From the NCBI GenBank assembly GCA_964016885.1, contig OZ024740.1, positions 197,346,001 to 197,410,000 of the forward strand: a DNA stretch of 64,000 bases, given 5' to 3'. Positions 22,493-35,530 of the stretch are shown piece after piece (the stretch's first letter is position 1; every line of letters starts with the position of its first letter). Both the position numbers and the translations under genes were made by a program. This DNA is from Eledone cirrhosa (Eukaryota). The notes under the pieces are model-generated. The model searched no databases. It had not been told where the DNA came from and worked only from the letters and a program-made list of their open reading frames with translations.

Positions 22493-24329
22493 GGCTACTA
22501 ACATAAATGAAACTTAAAGATCAATCCACCTCATGGCCCCAGTGCAGAGGATAGAGACAGGGTGAAGAACATCGATCTGATTTCAAATCCTGCCAAAGTT
22601 AACTTTGCCTTTCATCCTCACTGGGTTGATAAAATAAAGCACCAGTAATAAACTGGGATAATTCTTGGCCTTGTGCCAAAAGTAGAAACAATTATTAATA
22701 TAATCTTTATTGAGAAATGAAGCATCAATGTTTTGATACCATTCACATTGGTCTTTAAAAACTCTCTATTCCTTGTCTCATGTTAGCTACATTTTCCTCA
22801 GCTTCCCTTTAACTATTCTACCCCAGCTCTTCTTTTAGCTATACAAGCTTTTGCTTTCCATGTGATGTCTTCTAAATCTTCAGTAAAAAAGGAACAAACA
22901 TAACCCCCAGTAAGCATTATTTTGAATTCACAGTAAAATAATTAGTAAAGAACATTCAGCTTCAAAAATATTTCATTTTGCAATTTCTCCTTAAATATGC
23001 ATATTTTTAGTGCAAACCTTATATGTAAAAACATTCCGCATGCATGGTCCTGTAACTCCCGAGGGAGTTATAGGGGCACCTTATTAACATATGACATTTC
23101 TGGGGCATATTTTATGCCTGCCAGTGCCCAATCCTCTCCAGCTATGAATATTTATCTTCCAAAAAAAGATAGTGACTGAGAGAATGGAAGTGAGAAAGAG
23201 ATATAGAGGAAGAATTGACCCTAGTATTTGACTAGTACCTTTAATAGACCTCGAATGGAGGAAAGGCAAAGTAGACCATGGTGGGATTTGATCTCAGAGA
23301 GCAGAGAGCCAAAATGAATTGTGCAAAGGATTCTGTCAGACATTCTAATGATTCTGCTGATTTGCTGCCTCTAAAGCATTATAAGAAAGACAAAATTGAA
23401 GAAACAACTATAGACATTTATATCCATTAATGATAGATGATAAACTAATCTCATCAAATTATTTTGACATAGAAATATTTCTTAACAGTACTTAGATGGA
23501 GCTCAATCTATTTATGAATTGTATATTCAAGTATACTGTACTTACCAAATTTAAAGTTTCAGTCTGCCCCAAGCCTAGAGATTCATCAGATGATTTCATT
23601 AATGTTAAGCAATGAAAGATACAAGGCTCCTTTCTGAACATGACAGAAGTCTGTTGCAAGGTACTATTTTCTTTTCAGTTGAGTAGACAAGAGCAATATC
23701 AAATGATGTGACTTGTATCAAGGATTGAACAAACTTTATATATACTAAATATATATATTTTCACAAGCTCTGATAGTTGGCAGGTAAGCAATATACTGTA
23801 CTGATGAAGGGTAATCACCCAGAAACATTAGTGCCTGCAGTTCTGTTTACATGCCAACACAAGAGCAAGAATGACAGGGATCATTCTGCTGACATGGCTT
23901 AATGAGGGTGTTTGCATAATTGCAAACAAATTGAATATTATTATTAATATTTGAAAGACTCATATTACATTTATTCAGCGATAAACTATTTGTTAATTAT
24001 TTAATTATATTTAATTTATAATATAGCATATAAACGAATTGTATTTGGAGAGAAAATTTTAGGTAAAATCCTGTAAGTTCTGAAACAAACACCAGCTTAA
24101 CAACGAAAAAAGTTGGTACTATCAATAAATCCCTCCATATTCTTAAATATTTTCAAAACTAATACAAAATTCTAAGTAGTACCATCATTTGAAATATGGT
24201 AACAAATGGGTTAATATATACATACATACATCACCATCATCATTGCCATATACATCCATAACACCATCCTTATCTCCCCAGCTGAGCAGAAAGGGCTCTT
24301 CATTAGGAACAATAACTGATAACCTCTAA

Positions 24330-25120
24330 TGTTGGTGCCACAAAAATGCGCCCAGTACATCCATTCTGTAAGCTGGTTGGCATGAAGCAAGGCATCCTGC
24401 TGTAGAAGCCATGCCAAAAGGGTTGAAATGACTCTTCAGTTGCATCAATGGCACAACATATCTAGTGTTGGTGATCTACATAACCACACCCAATGCATGC
24501 TGTAAATTAGCTGGTGAAAGGAAGGGTATCCAGCCATAGAAAGTTTCAGGAGGACTCTTCATTTGTGTCAAAACATGGCAATCTTTCTAGTATTGGTAAT
24601 CTACATGATAAATGCACCCAGTAGATGCTGTAAAGTGGTTGGTGTTAGGAAAGGCATCCAGCCATAGAATTTTTGCCAAAGGGTTGGAAGGCCCCTTCAG
24701 TTGTCTACTTTGCCATATTAATTATAAAATGAGAAAAAAGCAGTATTCTTGATACCTTTCATGGCTTCCAATATAGATAACAAGAGAGGAACTTATCTTC
24801 AGATGTGAGCCTTGGGCTGAATGCTTGGATCTACTAAAGGACCTGAAGAGCAGGTAATGGTTTTAAATCGTGTGACAAAAAACAAAACAAAAAGAAACTC
24901 AGTCCACGCTGTAATGTGGCCATGTAGGTAACACAGTAAAAAGTTCCCAGTTCCACACTGTAAATGTGGTTGGTGTTAGGAAGGGCATCCAGCCATAGAA
25001 AGCCTGCCAGATAGTCCTATACGAGTGAGGCACGGTCACCTGACCAACCTTGCCTCAAGTGGCACAACTCCCGTCTAACCCATGCTAGTGTGGAAGATGG
25101 ACGTTAAACGATGATGATGA
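24330..25120 (+). repeat. Cluster of RTE-type 3' UTR fragments
   Basis: Repeated GGTTGGTGTTAGGAAGGGCATCCAGCC motif; last copy ends in (GAT)n at ~25120. Confidence 0.65.
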
Positions 25121-25597
25121 CAAATCAATTCCACCATCCATGAACAAGAATGGTTTCTCCAATGGGGTTCACACAAATTTCATCTATGGAATATCACATA
25201 CAAGGTATTGGTCAACTGAAGGTTATAGAAGAAAAGACTTACTCAAAGTGCCATGAACTATGACTGAATCCTAAACCTCGTCGTTTTTAAAAAACATTTT
25301 AACCACTCAGTCATGTCTGTACCCATTTTACATACAGTTATCTCTAAGGATGAAATTTTTTTTTTTAGATGACATTAAGAGAACATATTTTGATACAACA
25401 GAAAAGATAATCATTCAGAAGAGCATGAGATCCATTTTCTTGAACAATACTGAAAATTACTGTTTTCAATAACCTTTAAGTTTATTGATATATACTTCAT
25501 ACCAATCCTAATCGAGCAGTCCTATTTTCAAAAGCCTTATAACAATGGCTACACTATCTTTTTTTATTCAGACACACTATATTTAGAAATACATTAA

Positions 25598-25803
25598 CAC
25601 TTTGGCATTTACATTACTCTATATTTACTATTGCATTTTCCCAGTAAAGACTTTATCTCACATAAAATAGTTATATCGAATCTACAAGATTTTATTTTGA
25701 AAAAAATACCCACATGTCAGTATGAGTACCCAGATATGGCCGGTTTGAACAGAAAGAGGTGAGAGAATTCTGTGTGGATACAGCCGGTTCAAATGCTAAA
25801 AGG
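25598..25803. mobile_element. Putative piggyBac-type MITE
   Basis: TTAA at both ends with imperfect TIRs (CACTTTGGCATTT versus AAATGCTAAAAGG). Confidence 0.5.
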
Positions 25804-25839
25804 TTAAGCATGTTCTGTTTTTACATATAGCAGGGTTAG

Positions 25840-26805
25840 TCAACTTACTATTGCGTGATTTACCATAGATATCATCATGATATGATTTTTTTCATGTTTA
25901 GTTAAGCCACTTCTTTCAGAGAATGATTTACCACATATATCACAATGATATGGTTTCTCTCTTGTATGAACACGTTTGTGTTTAGTTAGGTCACTATTTT
26001 GAGAGAATGTTTTACCACAAATATCACAGTTATATGGTTTCCCTCCTGTGTGAATATATTTGTGAATAGTTAAATGACTTGTTTGAGAGAATGATCTATC
26101 ACACATATCACACTGATATGGCTTCTCTCCTGTATGACTATACTTGTGTGTAGTTAAGTGACCTGTTTGAGAGAAAGCTATACCACAGATATCACAGCGA
26201 TATGGTTTCTCTCCTGTATGGATGCGATGATGCTTTGTTAGGTGACTTTTTTTAGAAAATGATTTACCACAGATATCACAGTGAAATGGTTTCTCTCCTG
26301 TATGAATGCGTTTGTGAGTAGTTACGTCACAACTCCGAAGAAAATGTTTACCACAAATTTCACAAGGATATGACTTCTCTTCAGTATGAATACGTTTGTG
26401 AGCAGTTAAGACATCACTTCGAGAGAATGATTTACCACAGATATCACAGTTATATGGCTTCTCTCCAGTATGAATACGTTTGTGAACACTTAATGCCTTA
26501 TTTCGAGAGAATGATTTACCACAGATATCACAGTGATAAGACTTATCTCTTGTATGAATACATTTGTGTTTAGTTAAGGCATCTCTTGCAAAGAATGATT
26601 TACCACAAATATCACAATCATATGGCTCCTCTCTTGTATGAATGCGTTTGTGAGCAGTTAAAACATTATTTCGAGAGAATGATTTGCCACAGATATCACA
26701 GTGATGTGATGTTTTTTGTTTCTTTTCTATTATCTTGCCAGGTAAATCAATCCCTTGGGATTGTGTTGCACATTTAACTGGGTTCTCACATAATTCATTT
26801 TCCAT
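25840..26805 (-). CDS. C2H2 zinc finger protein, 10 fingers (ZNF-2)
   Basis: Intact 321-aa ORF with tandem C2H2 fingers and TGEKP linkers. Confidence 0.93.
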   Translation of the reverse strand: MENELCENPVKCATQSQGIDLPGKIIEKKQKTSHHCDICGKSFSRNNVLTAHKRIHTREEPYDCDICGKSFFARDALTKHKCIHTRDKSYHCDICGKSFSRNKALSVHKRIHTGEKPYNCDICGKSFSRSDVLTAHKRIHTEEKSYPCEICGKHFLRSCDVTTHKRIHTGEKPFHCDICGKSFSKKSHLTKHHRIHTGEKPYRCDICGIAFSQTGHLTTHKYSHTGEKPYQCDMCDRSFSQTSHLTIHKYIHTGGKPYNCDICGKTFSQNSDLTKHKRVHTREKPYHCDICGKSFSERSGLTKHEKNHIMMISMVNHAIVS

Positions 26806-26946
26806 AATTTTTCTTTTTTATCACAATATATTTCTCTTTTTTATATATTTTATTCCTAACAAATATTTCTACTGTTGAATTTCCATAAACATTAATGATG
26901 AATCTCAGGTAAAGAATATTCTGTAAAGTCAACATCATCTGATATT

Positions 26947-28301
26947 CTGAAATAATAGAGAAACAGTATAAAATATAGAGGATACTTAAAGAATAAAAAA
27001 GTTAAGTGAAAATTTGGCTACATTTCTGTAATGGCAGCATGTAGATATAACATTTAACATGAAGATTTAAAGTTTAATTTTTAATTTATCAAAATAACAT
27101 CATACAACACTGTGTGAAGTCTTACAAACTAGAGCAACACCTTCAGATTGTGTAGCAGAATATATATGTTAAACTACAGCTACACCTTCAGATTATGTAA
27201 TATATGTTATACTACAGCTACTCCATCATGAAATTCTGCTACACAAATGAAAATCAAATGAAATTTACAGCTCACACCTAATGCAAGTTTATTGGCATCC
27301 TATGAAGGTTTCTTCAATGTTTTAATAAGGCTCTTACAGCCCTGACTGAGCAAACCTATCATGAATGAAGAAAAGACTGAATGGGAACAACCCCATTAAC
27401 CAAACCTAGCTTAAGTGAATAATAAAGGTTGAATTAGTATAAAGTTGACAGTGGTCTTGATTGACATTACTTTTTATGGACTTCAGTTGAAATATCTCAG
27501 GAAAATATTACAATTCTGAGAAATTGTCTCCAAAGTTTATATTTGAAAATTGGTAAAATGGAAATAAATTAATACAAAATTAGTTGAAGAGAATTAAATA
27601 TGAGAGAATCACAAGGTATAGAACGTGTTAGGTAGAATATTAAAGAGTGTAAAAACCAAACTGGCTATCTTTAATTCGGTATTCGTGCCAACCCTAACCT
27701 ATGGTCATGAATTTTGGGTAATGATCGAAAATGTACGATCACGAATACAAGCAGCCGAAATGGGGTTCCTGCGAAATGCCTATGGAGTAAAATTACTCGA
27801 TAGAGTGCGTGGCTCGGAGATCAGAGTCGCGAATTCTCCGAATATTATGGACATATGGTTAGTATGTTTCAGGAAAGAATCGCTGGGTATATTTTACGCT
27901 AAAACCAACTGGCGGGGCGCTAGTAGTAGAACCCGAGTAAAATGGTTGGATAACATCCATGAGTTTGGGGATCCAGCAGGATCAATTGGAGATGGTTGCT
28001 TCTGACAGGACCGGCTGGATGGAGTGTTTGAGGAATCTTCCACCACAACCCTCTCATGAATAATGGGCGAATCATAATAATAAATAATTCAGAGAACATC
28101 AGTCGGTCCACCTAAAGTGTAATGTATAACAGCACATATTGTATACGATGTATACAACAAAGGAAAAACCTTGTTTCATTTAGCGACGTTAAATATAATT
28201 AAATGGTGTATTTTATAATTTTTCAATTATTATAATTACGGTATACTGGGAGGGAGAAACACAATTCTATTACGTGAACAAAGAAATGTTTGTCAACTTA
28301 C
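26947..28301 (-). other. Predicted 5'-UTR intron of ZNF-2
   Basis: Same donor and acceptor as the paralogs; about 2 minisatellite units at 27135-27225. Confidence 0.7.
27620..28085 (+). mobile_element. RTE LINE 3' fragment
   Basis: KTKLAIFNSVFVPTLTYGHEFW..IQAAEMGFLR..LLDRVR; (TAA)n tail. Confidence 0.8.
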
Positions 28302-28903
28302 GCTTTTCAGAAGTAAACAGTGAATCATTGTGAGTTTTTATAAAACTACCAAAGAATTAATCTCGTTGTTTTTAACTGTTTTAATCAACTTTAATCTACA
28401 ACATAAACTGTAGATTCTTCTTCCAGTAGTGAAGCTGACTTTATATCATTAGCCGCAGTTTCGATTCGAAATATAGTATGCGTGTTTATGCATTCGTATA
28501 TGTGTTTTAATTATTTTTGTAGAGAATTTCTATAAAGCTTTTTATTCAACGGTTAAAATAATTTAAGGCAATATTTAGGACAACTACTTATAATAAAATT
28601 AATCAACTAAATTAAATTGTTCCATCATAAACAATATAGTTTACTGAAAGATCGTATGCCTAACCCAATGATGGGGAAGTTGCAGTCTTAAAGCCGCATG
28701 TGGTTTTCTGAAACACTAAGTGCGGCCTTCTGAAAGAAGCCCAGTAGTCGAAGACAGACACTTCATATAAGAGTTCATATTTTGTTGATTACATTTTATT
28801 GTCTCTATTTTCAACATATTATGGCTTTAAAAAAAACAACAAAAAACTACTTATATTTCTGTATTTACATTTGTAATTCTATTTTGTAAAATAACTGAGG
28901 TTT
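28302..28903 (-). promoter_or_regulatory. Putative exon 1 / promoter module of ZNF-2
   Basis: Paralogous to 19811-20568. Confidence 0.65.
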
Positions 28904-29444
28904 AGCGAAACAATACTTCTACAAAATGCTGCCTCATTGGATGTCAGTAAATTTCAATGTGATCATTCAACAAAAAATGGTTTCCTATATTTTGTCTAAT
29001 ATTTTTGATACTAAAACCACCATTAGTTCTATGATGTAAAACTGTTTGTTTGAGAGTGCTTACATTTATCTAAAATATTTCCATCATAATTTTTTGTAAG
29101 AACATTTATGTTCCAAACAGCACTTGATAAATAACGAGAAAGTTAGTTATAATACTAAATCTTTTCTCATTCTTCATTATTTCTAACATTAATTGAAAAT
29201 CATAGACAGTGTCATTCATTAGAAACATGGTAATGGACGAGTTACTGTACATATTCTTGGTCACGCCCTTAATCTTAAAAGCCTTTTTGTATTTACAAAA
29301 AGACATTATAGAATAATCTCGTGAATATCAACAACTCAGAAAAAGAAATAACATCTAAACTATAATAAAGTAAGGAGCGCGGGACTGCGTACGGTTTATA
29401 ATTCTTTTTATCCCATTAGTAAAATAAGTTGGATTACTTTGAAT

Positions 29445-29635
29445 AAATAATTGTTTCTACTTTAGGCACAAGGCCAGCAATTACCCAGTGCATTACTGGT
29501 ACTTTATTTTATCGACCTCGTAAGGATGAAAGGCAAAGTCAACCTCGTCGGGATTTGAACTCAGATCGTAAAGGGACGTAACTATGCTGGAAAGCATGGC
29601 GTCCGACTCTCTACCGATAGTGCCAATCCACCGCG
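29445..29635 (-). mobile_element. SINE family B, full length
   Basis: Reverse complement of the 14891-15076 type. Confidence 0.85.
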
Positions 29636-30017
29636 AATATTACATAATTTATCTACTAAATTTCATGGCTGTTGATTAAATATATTTTATTTATTTAAAG
29701 ATTCCCTTTAAAATTTCTGAAATATCAACACTTCCGGTTGGCCATCGCTTAAATAAACATACTAATATTCTCCTAATGCAGTTTATATATCATATCGTCT
29801 TTTTTAATGTATCATGGATTACGTTACTGATTACATAAGAAAGTGTAACACGGTCTTCGTTCAATTTCTATGTATTATATATTGTTAATTACGATTTTAT
29901 TTTATGTATCATATCTACATGTATATATACCTGCGTATAATATACACACTACATATGCTAGCAGAAAACCACCCTAAGGGTGGTTTTTCTGCTAGTATCA
30001 ATAAAGAACATTGTATG

Positions 30018-30318
30018 TATAACAAAATACTGGGTTGTATAAGTATAACAAGAGACGTGGTTTGTGTGTATAATATTTAATTAACAATTTGTGGATATAT
30101 AGAACAGTATAGTTGACATGTCAATGAATAGATGAGAGAATGAAGCAAAGTTATTAGTTACCGTTTGGTTGCCAGGCGAACGCGCCTGGCCGAAAAGGCA
30201 AATGAGAGATAGGGAGCTTAAAGTTATTCCCTTTATAGGGTTGGAACGGAAGTTACAGAAAGGGTTCTACTTCCTATCTAGAGAGCGTTAATCTATTGGT
30301 GATGTGAGTGTCACAACA
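30018..30318 (-). mobile_element. Diverged solo LTR of the family at 1880-2235
   Basis: Shared blocks in reverse complement: GGAAGTTACAGAAAGGGTTCTACTTCC, AGTATAGTTGACATGTCAA, TTTGTGTGTATAATATTTAATTAACAAT. Confidence 0.8.
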
Positions 30319-30414
30319 AGGGAGGCAACTCCTGCTACATATGCAAAGTTCGAACTTTCGAAGCGTTGAGGTGTTTTGAAGTTCATAGAAAATGTAAGAA
30401 ACTCAGACATAAGT

Positions 30415-30587
30415 AAACGGGTCCTGGCTCGGGTTAATATCCCCACAGTTCTGGAGTCGGTTGCTTTATCCAGAAGTGATGGGAAGAGACCAGACGGTCT
30501 TACCCTTTGGGTGAGAGGTAGGTGTCTCATTTGGGACGTCACAGTCAGTGACTCTTTTGCCCCCTCACACATCATGGACACCGCGAT

Positions 30588-30663
<76 letters not shown>

Positions 30664-31010
30664 GGGGGGGGGGGGGGGCACTGCTTCCGCTGCCGAACAG
30701 AATAAAATTCGGAAATACCAGGACTTATCAAACAATTATTTTTTCCAGCCTTTTCGAGATGTTCAGTGGAGTTGGGACGCTGACAGCGAAGTTATTGTCT
30801 TCACTATCGCCTTACTGAAATGTCAGGCGATGCTCGTGAAGGTGCCTGCTTATTTCAGCGCCTTAACCTCGCCATCACCTGTCGTAATACTGCAAGTGTA
30901 TTAGTTTGCCTAAAAGTGGACAGTTAACCCCCAAGATGTGAGATGTTGCAGATTGTCATACTTGGTGGTGAATTGCTCCCCTCTTTCCTTCTTTCTTTCT
31001 TTTATCATTT
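30415..31010 (+). mobile_element. CRE-like 3' fragment with an internal (TG)n/(G)n expansion
   Basis: KRVLARVNIPTVLE..RSDGKRPDGLTL..LIWDVTVSDSF, then (TG)n at 30592-30661, then TASAAEQNKIRKYQDL. Confidence 0.85.
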
Positions 31011-31354
31011 TTGAATTTTTATTATTGTGTTATTATACACGGTTTAGACATATTTGTCCTTCTGAACGAATTGCGAGCAATTTTTGGTGTTATTTACGCA
31101 TTTGCTATGTTATTTATGTATATATTTAAAACATATTTGCAACATTATGCTACTGTAAATTTATACAACTATAATTTAAAAAAAAAAAGAAAGAAAGACA
31201 GTAAGCAGTTGGTTGATATAAATGATAACTTACAAACTCTGGTAAAGTTCCCTTATCGGTTTTCTAAGATATTATTTATAGCAACCAGCTGTGTTAACAA
31301 TTATTTTCTGCGTCTGAGTTCCCTAGATTTTATAATATTAAGAATCAGAAGACC

Positions 31355-31600
31355 CTGGAAATGGCAAGCACCCCGACGGAATCACCCTCTTCCCATTCGA
31401 ATGAGGTAGATCCCTCATATGGGACGCCACTTACTGCGACACGTTCTCCGCCTCCAGCTTAGTCGCTTCGGCCACAAACTCCAGCATTGCGGCCCGCCTT
31501 GCAGAAGAACGTAAAATAAAGAAATGCCGGGGTTTGTCCGGCCGCTTCCTCTTCCTAACGGTCGCCGTCGGCGGCCCGTCTCAGGAGGGAGCCCCGCGAG
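31355..31600 (+). mobile_element. CRE-like endonuclease fragment (second subfamily)
   Basis: GNGKHPDGITLFPFE*GRSLIWDATYCDTFS. Confidence 0.75.
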
Positions 31601-31604
31601 GTTG

Positions 31605-31900
31605 GGTGGCCTTGTGCCAAGAGTAGAAACAATTATTATTATTGTTGCAAAGCCGAGGTTAACTTTGCCTTTCATCCTTACGTGGTCGATAAAATTAAGT
31701 ACCAATAATACACTGTGATAATTGCTGGCTTTGTGCCAAAAGTAGAAACAATTATTATTAATTTTATTGTTACTGTAAATAATTGTTTCTACTTTAGGCA
31801 CAAGGCCAGCAATAACCCAGTGCATTACTGGTACTTTATTTTATCGACCCCGTAAGGATGAAAGGCAAAGTCAACCTCGGCGGGATTTGAACTCAGATTG
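31605..31900. repeat. Tail-to-tail inverted SINE-B copies
   Basis: Plus copies at 31605-31760 and a minus copy at 31780-31900. Confidence 0.8.
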
Positions 31901-32114
31901 TTACTGTAAATAATATCATGTTATACAGTTATTATCATTCTTCACTTAAAAAAAATGCATTATAGTGTAAATTGTAAAAAAAAAAAAAAAAAGAAGAAAA
32001 AAAAATTATAGAAGAAGAGAAAGTTAGAGTTATCTCCCATTGACCATCATAATTTGATAATTATGAATGATAGAAATTTTCATAATTTTTTTTTTCAATT
32101 AATTGCTTTGAACA

Positions 32115-33220
32115 TCAACGTCGTCGTTTAACGCCCACCTTCTCCGCTGGCAAAGGTTCGAAGGGCTTACATAGGCTAAGTCAGTACTGAAGTGGGGTTA
32201 CTGACCCATGAGAAAGGCTGGACTCATCTTCCATCGAGTACATAGTGATTGTCATATCTTTAACACAACTGAAGGGTTCTCACAACCCTTTGTTTGGCAA
32301 GCTGGATGCCCTCCATATCGCAAACCACTTCATAGCGTGTACTGCATGCGTTTTTATTGTGGAGATCACTATCACTAGAGCGGTTGTTGCGCCATGACAT
32401 GTCTGAAGGGTTCTCTCAAACTTTTTTTGTTTTGTTTTTATAGAGGAGCGTTCTTCCGGTCACCAACCACCTCACAGCGTGTACCGAGTTGATCGTTGTC
32501 CTCTTTGCTCGGGGTGGCGGGTGTAGGAAGGGGATAAGTGTGGTGTGATGAATGGGGAGGGGGATGGGTGGTGAGAACACTGAAGTGGTGGGAGTGGGGA
32601 TTTTGGATGGTTTGGTGATTAGCGCTGAGGTGGGATGGCATTCACCAGTGCTAGGAGGGGTGAGGTGTAGTGACGGAAGGAATAGATAAGAGGTGATAGT
32701 GGAGAAGCTTTGCTGGGTGTATTGGAGTGAAGAGAGTAGCTACTAGGGTGTGATTGTGAAGGTATGTAAGGGCTGCAGCTAAGGAGTGAATGCTTGTGGA
32801 ATGCAGGGGGTATGGTGATGCTGAGGATATTTGATAGGGTGTTATGGTGGAAGTGGGGACAAGATGTTAGGTCACCAAATAGTGTGCTGTTGGCTGAGAC
32901 TTCACCAGCACAACACAGTCCCTTGTAATTTCTGTTGCATTGTTTAGTTTTTTTAAGGTCAGTCTTCACAGCCTCCATGTCTTCTTGGGTCTGCCTCTTC
33001 CATTGGTCCTTGCCACTAGTGTTTGTCTGCATTTTTATGCAGCTGCTATCTTCCATGTGCATCACATGTTCATACCAGCATATTCTTCTGTCTTGCACAT
33101 TACATCCAATTCCTCTTCTGCCAAATTTACCCCTCAGCTTGCTGATGCAATGTCCCTTATGTACACTAATATTACACATCTACTGGAGCATACTCGATTT
33201 GTTTCTTTCACGCTGTGATT
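32115..33220 (-). mobile_element. Decayed RTE LINE 3' region
   Basis: ISKLRGKFGRRGIGCNVQDRRICWYEHVMHMEDSSCIK; RTE-type tail near 32115-32400. Confidence 0.65.
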
Positions 33221-33699
33221 TTGAAATTTAGTAAGCTGGAAATTTATAAGAGAGCAATCCAAAAATTACTATTTGAAACATATATGTTCACCCCTTACCA
33301 AAATGCAGCATTATAAACTTAAATCTATTACAATCTGTTATATATAGAGAGTGGGAGACAAAAAGGGACAGTTCTTTGTATAGAAGATGTATAAAATACA
33401 TTAATTTCTTCCTTTCTTCTCTTAGTTTTCATCTTTGTCATGTACCTAAATGGCAGGGCTTTCAAATTCAAATACATACACACAAAGAGTGTTACTTTCT
33501 GATTGATTCCATTGATAATTCGGTCTGGATATGACAACTACTGCTAATACTGTTAGTGTTACTACTATGACTGCTGCTGCTACTACTCCAATTGTTACTA
33601 CTGAAACATGCTGTCCAATGGACAGTTGGTGGTGTCTGACACAAAGAATTCTTTCTTGTTATACATTTCTAAGAAAGAAAGAAGTTGAAGTAGTGTCTA

Positions 33700-34830
33700 C
33701 ATTTTATCTGCCATCTGTAGCTACAGATATATGTCAATGGGATTCTAGTCCCTTGGCTGACACATAACCCCTCTGAAAGTTGTGGTCAAACATCAGATGC
33801 GCATAGAATTAATGCTGGCATGTCACAGAAGTCTCTCTTTGGACTGACTCTTTTTCTAATCTTTATTAAGTGATCTGCCTGACTACATCTTAAGATCATT
33901 TGTTGACATTTATGTAGATGGCACCATAGTCTATGGTCGTATATCCAGAAACTGCAATGACCTATCCCTGACAGCTGATCTCTCCTCTTACTTAGAGCAG
34001 ACTGATCAATGGGGAAAAGAGTGGTTTGTTACATTTAACACATTGAAAAAACAAAATTTCTCTCCTTCCATTGCCATCAGAATGTCCCCAACTTTACCCC
34101 TGTTTATATGAATGGTGCCTCGTTGAAAGTAGTTCCCTGTATTGAATGAATCTTAGGCCTAAAGTTCACTCCATCTCTGTTGGAACTCCTATATCAAAGT
34201 TTCTAAAGAAATCATGAGGCCCTCCATCTGCAATTTTGTATGTTTACAAGAGTAAGATTAGACTGAAAATAGAGTAGTGTTGCCACATTTAGGGCAGTGC
34301 TTCTCAGAGTTTATGTAACCTTGTTGGAGAGAAGCTCTTCTCATCTCTCAAGTCACTCTCTTACAGACGTGATGTCACAAGCCTGGCATTACTCTATCGT
34401 TATTTCCATGGGAAATGCTCTGATGAACTTCTCTCTCTAATACCTAAAACAAAAACATTCTCTGCTGAGACCTGTCTCACTAAGTCTATTGAGGCAAACC
34501 AGCCACACTTTCTTCGCATTCCTAACATCAGGCATAGGTTTCATGGAAACAGTTTTGTTTTGAAAACCACATCTCTATGGAACAAACTGCCTAGGGATTG
34601 CTTTCCTTGTGATTACAACATCGACCTTTTTAAGAAAAGGTTTAATAAGTACCTCTCCACATCATATTTTCATCTAAACTGCCTAATCATTCATCAATTT
34701 TGCACTGATAGCAATCACTCTTCCATTTTCCATCATCATTTTCTGCATGTTCAACCTGTCATATACCCCATAACCTTGAGTGACCTTAAAGCCTTGTTAT
34801 ATAGTCACCTTTAGTAGATAAAAAAGGAAA
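33700..34830 (+). mobile_element. Decayed LINE (CR1/Jockey group), RT C-terminal part and 3' end
   Basis: INAGMSQKSLFGLTLFLIFI, VDIYVDGT, RRDVTSLALLYRYFHGKCS, TTSLWNKLP. Confidence 0.7.
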
Positions 34831-35119
34831 GAATTATGGGTTATTGGAAACCTGTGACAAGGAAACTGCATGTTCATTGACCTGGCAGGTGTATTTTCTA
34901 GAAGAAACATTTGTGTCAGTGAAATGTTTTCACCTGTATTATATCTACAAGATCTGACAATTTCTCATAAAGCTTGGATATTTAGAAGACGCAGAACCAG
35001 TGGGCTGTGGTGGTTGTTATTATGAGAAGCCTTTGGCTGTTGTTATCACCAATACAGAACACCTCCACTGAAATTACTACTCAAGAAAGACACTGAATAG
35101 CAATAGAATAATAATTATG

Positions 35120-35480
35120 AAAAAGCTTTTCAAAAATTGAAAGACTTCATGAAAACATCTGCCAAGCTTATTTAAAATCTAATGCAAAGACAGTGATTGA
35201 AAAGTTCTTTCTAGCTTATTTTGGAATTAAGTTCTGGTATGAAAAGACTTATGTATTGTATCATACCTAGAAATTGTTGAAGTTCTTCACAGTCTGTAGG
35301 TATGGGCTTTGATTTGATGTCACATGTTTCTGGATCTAGATGAAAGCCATTTTCATCCCATATAAAATATAAAATTTGATCTGTTTTTATCTCACAATGT
35401 ATTGTCTTTGTTGAAACTATTTGTTTGGTTTTTGTATCAGATGAGCTTAAAGAATTCTGAATTATTTCCCCAATATTCAT
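35120..35480 (-). pseudogene. Gypsy RT thumb/connection relic
   Basis: PIPTDCEELQQFLGMIQYISLFIPEL. Confidence 0.55.
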
Positions 35481-35530
35481 TTCTGTTTGGCTGTAAAATA
35501 GATGGTGACATTGACTGAATACACATTACA

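Noticed and set aside
26370-26777. Plus-strand ORFs antisense to the ZNF genes (also 41075-41260 and 53140-53367)
   Set aside because: Shadow frames of the repetitive finger codons with no independent coding evidence.
30288-30904. CVCVCV / HTHTHT ORFs (also 57904-58258)
   Set aside because: Translations of (TG)n/(CA)n microsatellites.
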